Source: an uncultured delta proteobacterium (GTDB lineage Bacteria > Myxococcota > UBA727 > VGSZ01). From it: 64,000 bases of DNA. The notes under the pieces were generated by a model that was not told where the DNA came from, made no database searches, and saw nothing but the letters and a program-made list of their open reading frames with translations. Shown here piece by piece: positions 29,401 to 36,708 of the stretch. Location: positions 544,001-608,000 of the forward strand of contig CAVZJB010000011.1 of NCBI GenBank assembly GCA_963775425.1, written 5' to 3'. Both the position numbers and the translations under genes were made by a program. Position 1 is the stretch's first letter; every line of letters begins with the position of its first letter.

Positions 29401-30699
29401 GCCGCCGCCCTTGCCGGTGAGGAGCAGCGGGCGCAGCGTGCCCGAGACGTCGACGCGCCCGTCGACGTGCGCGTCACCCCACGCGCCGTGCACGCCCATG
29501 TTGTCCATGAGCTGGTAGATGGAGAACGCGGGGGCGTCGGCCTTCACGTTCGTGTGGAGCGCGTCGTCGAAGGCCACGCGCGCCGAGCCGTGGACGGTGG
29601 TGTCGGCCCAGTCCCAGCTCGCCTGCTCGACGTCGAGCGCCTTCTTGTCCGCCTTGAAGCGGGCGCGCAGGGAGCCGAGGTGGAGGTTGTCGACGTCGAC
29701 GCCGACGGTGTCCACCTGACCCACGGCGAGCAGCTCCTCGCCGCCGGGCTTGGCCGAGATGTGCGCCGTGAGGTTGGCGGCGCCCTTCACCGGGAGCGGC
29801 AGGTGGAAGTGCGTGAGCGCGGTCTTGAGGTTGGCGCGCGCGCTGATGTCGGCGTCGAAGGCGGGGACGAGGCCGGCGGGGCCGAGGACGACGTCGCCGG
29901 AGACGCTCACCTCGGCGTCGTCGGCGTCGACGGTGACGTCGCTGACGGCGATGCGCTCGGGCGCGAGCAGCCCGTCGCCGCGGACGGCGAGGCTGCCGCC
30001 GAAGGCGTCGGCGGTGATGATGTCCTCGCCGCCGTCGTCGAGGGGCCGCTTCACGTCGGCCTGCGCGACCGTGAACTTCAGGCGGTGCTCCTCGCGGCCG
30101 CGGTCGCGCAGGCGCACCTCGACGCCCCCCAGGTGCGCCCGCACCGCAGGGGGCCCCGCCGCAGGCGCCGGGGGCGCCGCCGCAGGCGCAGCGCCCGCAG
30201 GCGCAGGGGGCGCCGCCAGCGCGCGCGGTGTGACGGCGAGATCGAGCTCACCGTCGTGGAGCTGGAAGTCGGCGACGTCGACGCGGATGAGCGGCTCGCT
30301 CGAGCGCTTGGCCGGCGGGCGGATGCCCGCGATCTTGCCGTCCACCACGCGCAGGATGCCGTGGGGGTGATCGATCTCGAGGTGCTCGAGCCGCAGCCGC
30401 CGCTCGAAGAACTTGAGCGGGGCCACGTCGGCCACGATGCGGTCGGCGGTGAAGAGCACCTCGCCGTCGTCGCCCTTCAACAGCACCGGCCCCATGACCA
30501 CGCGCGCGCTCTGCGCCTCGGCCTCGACGTGGGCGACCACGAGCGTGAGCCCGAGCTCGTCGTGGAGCCGCTCGGCGAGCCAATCGAGCGCGAAGTTGAG
30601 GGTGGGCTCGCTCAACAGGAAACGCACGGCGAGCGCCACCAGTCCCGCGAAGATCGCGAGGCCGATCGGGAGCCGCGGTCGTCGACGAGGCAGCCGCAC
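26491..30699 (-). CDS. tamB: Translocation and assembly module TamB / AsmA-like protein
   Basis: N-terminal TM anchor, long beta-rich body, C-terminal LSSRPELSEIDIVSLLTFG and VWYRWEF; GTG start inferred. Confidence 0.8.
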   Translation of the reverse strand: MRLPRRRPRLPIGLAIFAGLVALAVRFLLSEPTLNFALDWLAERLHDELGLTLVVAHVEAEAQSARVVMGPVLLKGDDGEVLFTADRIVADVAPLKFFERRLRLEHLEIDHPHGILRVVDGKIAGIRPPAKRSSEPLIRVDVADFQLHDGELDLAVTPRALAAPPAPAGAAPAAAPPAPAAGPPAVRAHLGGVEVRLRDRGREEHRLKFTVAQADVKRPLDDGGEDIITADAFGGSLAVRGDGLLAPERIAVSDVTVDADDAEVSVSGDVVLGPAGLVPAFDADISARANLKTALTHFHLPLPVKGAANLTAHISAKPGGEELLAVGQVDTVGVDVDNLHLGSLRARFKADKKALDVEQASWDWADTTVHGSARVAFDDALHTNVKADAPAFSIYQLMDNMGVHGAWGDAHVDGRVDVSGTLRPLLLTGKGGGTFTDILVASMDVRKAPQDRIVIEVPRPVQGRDVGIRVDEQGLRFDGSIDDGFTRASGFFQVYYDVNKGLVIDADSDQADFRSIDNRISHLAFTGVGRGHMHVEGPQSGPVLTAELEIGGFGLEDFAFGDATGRVHLFKDDLRFEDVVAVKNGRSRYGGTVALNFTPKADERGVVQETPNLAVDIAFDPAQAQDLRAVIPARYTTGVLDFLREDLDLAGPVRGRMVAQGAVGDGTFDHMKGEGNLDILDGASLLDQHLTGSGAFHMDLDRFVIDKLDVAVGPAAAAAKGKGHVVASVGRADADLDGEVSVHGVPLADIDALKDAAKPFHGTFDVDGKLGRSAHDPGLVGRAVVHDAGYGTVPIGDADVALDHKGRVLTLTGKVLSGRGDGVVHVETRSPFNYDATVAVSDGALAPLLPKDLLPASVNVVVGGDVDARGALKTFRDSRGTLALKTMKVEARGLKLASRGDVAAHFHGTRVTFDLLDLSSAPPPGAAHGSSPSAVEPDRVSVRGLLSDDALDLAVSGNGGLALLPRVWSRARSADGRFSFDIAVTGDLDHAAMSGQGLVQSGKLTLDGPFPELDDIDAQIAFRGPNIVVERATARADGAPIHGQGAITLDGVKPSFYDLDLRYDRLKLHVPSSIESVSSGRLTLKGDAALPTLTGDVRVHSARYTEDINWERLLPDLRRRGSALQSLDTDDEDVRFDVHLIADRGLVVENNVLDLEAKGDLFLTGTDERPGLKGGVQLIRGNATFRGNRYRLARGTVDFVDTYRVMPILDVEAETTVHDYDVTAHLGGPAQAPKIDLSSRPELSEIDIVSLLTFGFTQFEVRDAGGSAGAAGLEVVSAYTGLDKELRRVLPEAVRKSSALNLDELRLTSQFSARAGASVPAVALGMEVNPGLWGIDGSRLRLQSTLVDTTGSGTEQRVEWEKRFDSNVRLRLSWSSEDTGTCPSCTNQWGDLGGDVWYRWEF

Positions 30700-30794
30700 C
30701 GTGGGATTCTGCCGTTCGCCTGCCCGCCGCGCCAGTTCGGACACCGCGCTGTGCCCTGACGCCCATCCCGCCCCGCGCGCGTCGTGGGGGCGCG

Positions 30795-31118
30795 CTAGAG
30801 CAGGTACTTGACGCGGTCGTCGGCGCCGAGGGCGGCGTACACGGCGTAGACCTGATCGCCCGACGTCACCCACAGCCGCAGCGTGACGCTCTCGTAGCGC
30901 CCCCGGGCGCTCTTTCGCGTGCTGTGCTCGCCGTCGGTGATCTCGCGCCCGAGCACCTCGCCGACCCTCTCGAGCATGCTCTCCACGAAGTCCGACGCCG
31001 TCTTGCCCACGGCCTTGAAGCAAAACTCGCAGGGGAAGTCGACGAGGTCGTGGATGCGCTTTTGGTCCTGGACGGCGCCGAGCGACCATCCGAGCAGGGG
31101 GCCTGCGGAGTCCGTCAT
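30795..31118 (-). CDS. YbeD/DUF493 family protein
   Basis: VDFPCEFCFKAVG..SARGRYESVT..VYAAL..VKYLL. Confidence 0.85.
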   Translation of the reverse strand: MTDSAGPLLGWSLGAVQDQKRIHDLVDFPCEFCFKAVGKTASDFVESMLERVGEVLGREITDGEHSTRKSARGRYESVTLRLWVTSGDQVYAVYAALGADDRVKYLL

Positions 31119-31166
31119 GGGCCGATTGTAACGGCTGCTCCCGGCGACGACGACGGCGACAGAGAC

Positions 31167-31928
31167 CTACACAGTGGCGAGCAGACCGTCGGCGACGAGA
31201 TCGTCGATCAGCGCCTCCGCCTCTTCGTCGGCGCCGAGCTGCCGCGCCTCGTCGACGAGCGCCGCCCGCTCCCGCCCCTCGCGCGCGTACGCGAGGAGCG
31301 CGAACAGCGGCTCGGCGCACGGCGCCACGTCGGGCGTGGCCAGGAGGTGCTCGAGCCCCTGCTCGTCCCACACAGGCTCGGGGGCCTCGACGCGCGCGCC
31401 GCGCGCCACCGCCTCCTGCAGCGACGCCGCGCCGGCGGCCAGCCGCGCTCGCGCGCGGGCGTAGAAGGCGAGCGTGCCCGCCGGGACCCGGGCCAGCTCG
31501 ACGCCGGGCGCGCGGGCGAGCCGATCGTCGACGCCGCCCATGCCGCGACGACGTCGTCGCCGGCGCGCGAGCGCGACCGCGAGCTCGATCTGCGCCACCG
31601 CGCCGGCGCGCGGAAAGAGCCAGTCGCCGAAGGCGTCGACGACGAGCCGGTCCGTCATCACCGCGTGGCGAAACGGCGAGGAGCGCACGAAGGCGCCGAG
31701 CGCGCCGGCGCCGACGACGGCGCACGACACCGGGTACTCCTCGATGAGCGTGGCGAGCAGCCGGAGCGGCCGCTCGGGGTCCGTGCGAAACGCGCGCGCG
31801 TCGACGCGACACAACAGCGCGCGCTCGTCGTCGTCGAGGCCGCGCGCGCGCCCCGCGCGCACGTCGTCGGCGAAGGACGCGTCGAAGTGCATGAGCACCG
31901 CCGCGCGCTGGACGACGCTCGGCCTCAT
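31167..31928 (-). CDS. HvfC/BufC (DUF2063)-like MNIO partner protein
   Basis: LIEEYPVSCAVVG, FGDWL..AVAQIELA, C-terminal LIDDLVADGLL; GGAGG RBS; close to DUF692 gene. Confidence 0.6.
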   Translation of the reverse strand: MRPSVVQRAAVLMHFDASFADDVRAGRARGLDDDERALLCRVDARAFRTDPERPLRLLATLIEEYPVSCAVVGAGALGAFVRSSPFRHAVMTDRLVVDAFGDWLFPRAGAVAQIELAVALARRRRRRRGMGGVDDRLARAPGVELARVPAGTLAFYARARARLAAGAASLQEAVARGARVEAPEPVWDEQGLEHLLATPDVAPCAEPLFALLAYAREGRERAALVDEARQLGADEEAEALIDDLVADGLLATV

Positions 31929-31945
31929 GCAGCATCCTCCGAGGG

Positions 31946-32839
31946 ATGCACCCGCGAACGCCGTGTGCCACCCTCACCACGCCGCCGCGCGTGTCCGCAC
32001 CGAGAGGGCGAGGGAGACGCGCGCGCCGCGCGCCTCCGTGCGCCACAGCGCTGGCCGCCGCGCTCGTCGCCCTCGGGCTCGCCGGCCAGGGGCGCGCGCA
32101 GCAGCGGACGACGTCGCCGGCGGTGCGCGTCGCCGTCGTCGGCTTCACGGGCGACATCACGGCGCAGGAGCTCAGCGACCTCTCCGTCGCCGTGCGTGGC
32201 GCCCTCGAGAAGCTCGCCGATCCCAAGGCGCTCGCCGTGGTCACGCGCGAGGAGATGGCGCTCGTGTACCGCCAGCGCGGCTCTCCCTGCCGCCCCGACG
32301 ACGTCACCTGCGTCGTGGCCGCGTCGGACCAATGGGCCGGCCGCCTCTTCGTGCGCGGCGTCGTGCGAAAGACCGGGGACGGCGTCATCGTCGGCGCCAC
32401 GCTCGAGAGCGTGCGCGGCGTGCTGGTGGCCACGGCGCAGACGCCGCCGGCGCCGACGTGGGACATGGGCGTGGCCGTGCCCGCGCTGGTGCGCGAGCTC
32501 GTCGCCGGCGAGGAGGCCTACCGCGAGCGCATGGCCGCCGCCGCCGCCGCGCGCGCCCCCGTGCGCTGCGCGTGCGTCGCCGCGGGCGCCACGCCCGTCG
32601 CGGGCCAGCTCATCGCCAACGAGCGCGGCCTCGTCTTCGAGAGCGCGCCGGCGAGCCGCGCGCGCCGCGCGTGGCGCTATGCCTGGGCGCAGGTGGCCAA
32701 GGTCGCGGCCGCGCGCGCCGGCGAGGCGCCGGCGGTGGCCCTGGAGTCCACCACCAAGGACGCGCTCACGCTGACCTTCGAGGCCGGCGACGCGCGCGAC
32801 CGCTGCCTCGCCGCCGTCGACAAGAAGCGCCCGCGCTGA
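31946..32839 (+). CDS. Hypothetical exported protein, possible C-terminal PH/GRAM-like domain
   Basis: Hydrophobic leader LAAALVALGLAG; GQLIANERGLVFES..YAWAQVAKV pattern; start uncertain. Confidence 0.5.
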   Translation: MHPRTPCATLTTPPRVSAPRGRGRRARRAPPCATALAAALVALGLAGQGRAQQRTTSPAVRVAVVGFTGDITAQELSDLSVAVRGALEKLADPKALAVVTREEMALVYRQRGSPCRPDDVTCVVAASDQWAGRLFVRGVVRKTGDGVIVGATLESVRGVLVATAQTPPAPTWDMGVAVPALVRELVAGEEAYRERMAAAAAARAPVRCACVAAGATPVAGQLIANERGLVFESAPASRARRAWRYAWAQVAKVAAARAGEAPAVALESTTKDALTLTFEAGDARDRCLAAVDKKRPR

Positions 32840-32844
32840 GGCCC

Positions 32845-33702
32845 TCACGGGAAGCTCCGGGCGATGCGCCGAAAGCCGGCGTCGACGCCGTCGTTGGCGT
32901 TCCTCTCGCACTCGAACACCACGGCGCGCAGGTTCTTCGCGCGGGCGGCGACGACGTCGAAGATGCGCCAGGTGTCGTCAAGGACGGCGGTGCCGTGGGT
33001 GTCTTCGACCCACGAAAAGCCGGCCGTGTCGCGCACGCGCCCGCCGGCGACGTGGACCTCGACGACGCGCTCGAGCGGGAACGCGTCGAGGCCGAACAGG
33101 GGATCGTGTCCGGTGACGCGCTGGTACATCGCGAGGTGCGCGACGTCGAGGAGCATGCCGCTGTCGGCGCGCTCGACGACGCGCGCGAAGAACTCGAGCA
33201 GGTGGAGGTCGCCGACGAAGGCGGTGCCGGGCGGGTTCTCGGGCAGCACCTCCACGCCCGTGGCCTCGCGCAGCCGGGCGACGCCGCGGGCCATCCCAGC
33301 GGCCGCCTCGTCGACGAGGACCGGCGGCAACAGCAGCATCTGCGCACGATCGCGCGCGCCGAAGTGCCACACGCCGGCGTCGCCGCACAGCCACGCGGGC
33401 TTCATCTGCGCGACGAGGGCGTTGACGCCGGCGAGCCACGCGTCGTCGAGGTCGTCGGGCTCATGGAGGTTGACGTCGAGGAAGTGGTACGTACACGGCC
33501 GCCCGCTCTCGATCCAGGCGCGCGAAGAGGCATCCATGCCCTTGTCGATCTCGACGCCGATCTCGAGGAAGCGCGCGTGCTCGGGCCGCTCGCGCGCGAG
33601 CCGCTCGACATCGAGCGCGCCGGCGGCGGCGGCGGCGCCGTACTCGGTGCTCACGCCGATGCCGAGCCGGGGCAGCGCTGTGACACGACGGAGGAAGTCC
33701 AC
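32845..33702 (-). CDS. DUF692 family multinuclear non-heme iron oxidative enzyme (MNIO)
   Basis: LGIG, YH, PENPP, LLDVAH, EVHVAGG, EDTHG, VFE motifs. Confidence 0.85.
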   Translation of the reverse strand: MDFLRRVTALPRLGIGVSTEYGAAAAAGALDVERLARERPEHARFLEIGVEIDKGMDASSRAWIESGRPCTYHFLDVNLHEPDDLDDAWLAGVNALVAQMKPAWLCGDAGVWHFGARDRAQMLLLPPVLVDEAAAGMARGVARLREATGVEVLPENPPGTAFVGDLHLLEFFARVVERADSGMLLDVAHLAMYQRVTGHDPLFGLDAFPLERVVEVHVAGGRVRDTAGFSWVEDTHGTAVLDDTWRIFDVVAARAKNLRAVVFECERNANDGVDAGFRRIARSFP

Positions 33703-33835
33703 GCCGGGGACTAACCACCGCGAGGGCGCGTGCCAACGCCCTCGTCGAGAACGACCGCGGCGGGTGTTGTCATCTCGGCCCCGACGCGTGACACAGTCCG
33801 CGCGGCAGGGATCACTCGGCGGGGGCGGAGGCGAT

Positions 33836-34822
33836 ATGCGCGGCGACGGCGACGACATCAAGATCTTCGCGGGCAACTCCAACCCGGCCATGGCCGAGGC
33901 GGTGGGCCGCTTCCTCGAGACGCCGCTCGGCAAGTGCCGCGTGAACCGCTTCTCCGACGGCGAGGTGTGGGTCGAGATCGACGAGAGCGTGCGCGGCCTG
34001 CACACCTTCGTGCTGCAGTCCACGTCGCCGCCGGCCAACGAGAACCTGATGGAGCTCCTCGTCGTCATCGACGCGCTCAAGCGCGCCAGCGCCGACGAGA
34101 TCACCGCCGTCCTCCCCTACTACGGCTACGCGCGCCAGGATCGGAAGGTCGCGCCCCGCGCGCCCATCACCGCCAAGCTCGTCGCCGATCTGCTCTCTCG
34201 CGCCGGCGCCACCCGCGTCATCTCGATGGATCTGCACGCGGGCCAGATCCAGGGCTTCTTCGACGTCCCCTTCGACCACCTCTACGCCACGCCCGTGCTC
34301 ATCCAGGACATCCGCGAGCGCTTCGGCATCCAGCCGCCGGGCAACGGCAACCGGGAGGCCGACACCGACGTCGTCATCGTCGCGCCCGACGCCGGCGGCG
34401 TGGAGCGCGCGCGCTCCTACGCCAAGCGCCTGCAGTGCTCGCTCGCCATCATCGACAAGCGGCGCACGGGCCCCAACGTCGCCGAGGTCATGAACATCAT
34501 CGGCGACGTCGAGAAGAAGCGCGCCATCATCATCGACGACATGGTGGACACCGCCGGCACCCTCGCGCAGGCGGCGCGGGCGGTGATCGCCTCGGGCGCC
34601 AAGGACGTGTGGGCCTACGCCACCCACGCCGTGCTCTCGGGCCCCGCCATCGAGCGCATCGAGGGCTCGCCGCTCAAGGAGCTCGTCGTCAGCGACACCA
34701 TCGCGCTGCGAGAAAACGCCAGGAACAGCGGTCGCATCCGCGCCCTCTCGGTGGCGCCGCTCGTGGCCGAGGCCATCAAGCGCGTCCACACGGGCGAGTC
34801 CATCTCCACGCTCTTCCTTTGA
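33836..34822 (+). CDS. prs: Ribose-phosphate pyrophosphokinase
   Basis: FSDGE, PYYGYARQDRK, DLHAGQIQGFF, APDAGG, IIDDMVDTAGT. Confidence 0.97.
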   Translation: MRGDGDDIKIFAGNSNPAMAEAVGRFLETPLGKCRVNRFSDGEVWVEIDESVRGLHTFVLQSTSPPANENLMELLVVIDALKRASADEITAVLPYYGYARQDRKVAPRAPITAKLVADLLSRAGATRVISMDLHAGQIQGFFDVPFDHLYATPVLIQDIRERFGIQPPGNGNREADTDVVIVAPDAGGVERARSYAKRLQCSLAIIDKRRTGPNVAEVMNIIGDVEKKRAIIIDDMVDTAGTLAQAARAVIASGAKDVWAYATHAVLSGPAIERIEGSPLKELVVSDTIALRENARNSGRIRALSVAPLVAEAIKRVHTGESISTLFL

Positions 34823-34839
34823 GCTGAAGGGCCGGTGAG

Positions 34840-35190
34840 TCACGGCGCGGCGGCGACGCGCTCGGCGGGATCGAGCGCCCGCAGGCGCGCGAGCGCCGCC
34901 GCGACGCCGGGGTCGGCCCAGCCATACGCGGCGGCGAGGGCGACGACGGCGGACCGCGCCTTCATGCGGGCGCGGACGAGGTCGTCGCCGCGGGCCGTCG
35001 CCGGGCTGCTGTCGGGGCCCGGCAGCGCCGCTGCGAGCGCGTCGAGCGCGTCGAGCGCCTTGGGCGCCGGCGCCGGCGCGGACAGCGATCCGATCGACGA
35101 GCTCGCTCGAAGCCGGCGCGCAGCTCGCGGTGAACAGCGCGCTCTTCAGCGGGAGCGGCCACGCGCCGTCGAAGTCGGCGCCACGGTGTC
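34840..35190 (-). pseudogene. Possible frameshifted gene remnant between prs and rplY
   Basis: Coding-like minus frame ..ALDALDALAAAL..AAAYGWADPGVAAALARLRALDP..* without its own upstream start; coding-like DFDGAWPLPLK lies in another frame. Confidence 0.3.
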
Positions 35191-35307
35191 CCCGAGGGGG
35201 GGTTGACGCGGCGGGGGCGGTCGAGGACAAGCCGCCCATCGATACGCCCCCCGCGAGGCGGTCCACGCTCGTCGTGTCCCGCGTGATCGAGGGGAAGGAG
35301 AAAGAGC

Positions 35308-35973
35308 ATGCCCGGTCCCATCGTCCTCGAAGCCATCCTCCGCACCGGCCACGGCAAGGGCGCCTCTCGCCGCGTTCGCGCGGCCGGCCACGTGCCCGCC
35401 ATCGTCTACGCGCGTGGCAAGCCGACGCTCTCCATCGCCGTCGGCCCCAAGGAGCTGACCAAGGCGCTCATGGGACCGCTGCGCCGAAACGTCCTCCTCG
35501 GCCTCAACATCAAGGGTGAGGGCAGCCGCACCGTGATGGTGCAGGACCTCCAGACGCACCCGGTGAAGCGCGTCGCCACGCACGTCGACTTCATCGAGGT
35601 CGCGCCCGACGCGCGCGTGCCCGTGCGCATCCCCATCGAGGTCACCGGCAAGTCCAAGGCCGTCGGTCAGGGCGCCAAGCTGACGCTCATCTCCCGCACC
35701 GTCACCCTCGAGGCCGCGGTCAACGACGTGCCCGAGAAGGTCGTCTTCGACGTCACCGACGAGGGCTTCGGCGTCATCCGCGCCAAGCAGATCAAGCTGC
35801 CGGCCGGCACCTCCCTCGTCGATGCGCCCGACACGCCCCTCATCTCCTTGAAGATCCCGCGCGGTGACAAGGAAGAGGAAGCCGCCGCCGCCGCCGCTCC
35901 GGCCGCCGAGGGCGCCGCGCCCGCGGCCGCCGCCGCTGCTCCGGCCGCCGAGGCGGACAAGAAGAAGAAGTGA
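35308..35973 (+). CDS. rplY: 50S ribosomal protein L25 (Ctc type)
   Basis: GKGASRRVR..VPAIVY..QTHPVK..HVDF; AGGAG RBS; prs-rplY-pth synteny. Confidence 0.93.
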   Translation: MPGPIVLEAILRTGHGKGASRRVRAAGHVPAIVYARGKPTLSIAVGPKELTKALMGPLRRNVLLGLNIKGEGSRTVMVQDLQTHPVKRVATHVDFIEVAPDARVPVRIPIEVTGKSKAVGQGAKLTLISRTVTLEAAVNDVPEKVVFDVTDEGFGVIRAKQIKLPAGTSLVDAPDTPLISLKIPRGDKEEEAAAAAAPAAEGAAPAAAAAAPAAEADKKKK

Positions 35974-35982
35974 CGGCGGGCC

Positions 35983-36561
35983 ATGTGGCTCGTCGCCGGG
36001 CTCGGCAATCCGGGCCGTGAGTACGAAAAGTCGCGGCACAACGTCGGCTTCATGGTCGTCGATGTGCTCGCGCGGCGGCATCGCGCGCCGTCGTCGACGT
36101 CCAAGTTCAAGGGCGAGGTCTCGCAGTGCCACATCGGCGGCGAGACCGTCCTGCTGTTGAAGCCGACGACGTTCATGAACCTGTCGGGCTCATCGGTGCA
36201 GCCGGCCATGCAGTTCTACAAGATCGCGCTCGACCACGTCGTCGTCGTCCACGACGACATGGACCTCGAGCTCGGCCAGATCAAGCTCAAGAAGGGCGGC
36301 GGCGCCGGCGGCCACAACGGCCTCAAGTCCATCGATTCGCACATCGGGCCCCACTACCTGCGCGTACGCGGCGGCATCGGCCACGCGCGCAGCGAAGGGC
36401 GGCAGGTGGTCGGCCACGTGCTCGGCGCCTTCAGGGGCAAGGACGCCGAGGAGGCCGGCATCCTCGTCGAAAACTGCGCCGACGCCGTCGAGGCGCTCAT
36501 CCAGGAAGGGCTCGAGAAGGCGCAGATGCGCTTCCACTCGCTGAAGCCGCGCGCGGGCTGA
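35983..36561 (+). CDS. pth: Peptidyl-tRNA hydrolase
   Basis: GLGNPG..RHNVGF, KPTTFMNLSG, HDDMDL, GGHNGLKS. Confidence 0.97.
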   Translation: MWLVAGLGNPGREYEKSRHNVGFMVVDVLARRHRAPSSTSKFKGEVSQCHIGGETVLLLKPTTFMNLSGSSVQPAMQFYKIALDHVVVVHDDMDLELGQIKLKKGGGAGGHNGLKSIDSHIGPHYLRVRGGIGHARSEGRQVVGHVLGAFRGKDAEEAGILVENCADAVEALIQEGLEKAQMRFHSLKPRAG

Positions 36562-36708
36562 GCGCACCGCGTGCCGCTCACGGGAGGCGCGCGCGTCGAG
36601 GCCCGCGCGACGTCGCGGCACCCGCCCCGATGGTCGTTTGAGCAGGCCGACCGGCGAGGCGCGCGAACGTCAGGTGACGTGGGGCGAGGCTTTGCTAGGG
36701 TCCGCGCC

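Noticed and set aside
30140-30220. Short GC repeats in tamB (also 61240-61280)
   Set aside because: Encode Pro/Ala linkers; ordinary low complexity
26770-30759. Long antisense or off-frame ORFs (also 20625-25127, 36670-39501, 58241-63040)
   Set aside because: Shadows of real genes caused by scarce stop codons in GC-rich DNA
33703-33835. tRNA or MNIO precursor peptide between DUF692 and prs
   Set aside because: No cloverleaf or T-loop motif and no credible small Cys-rich ORF
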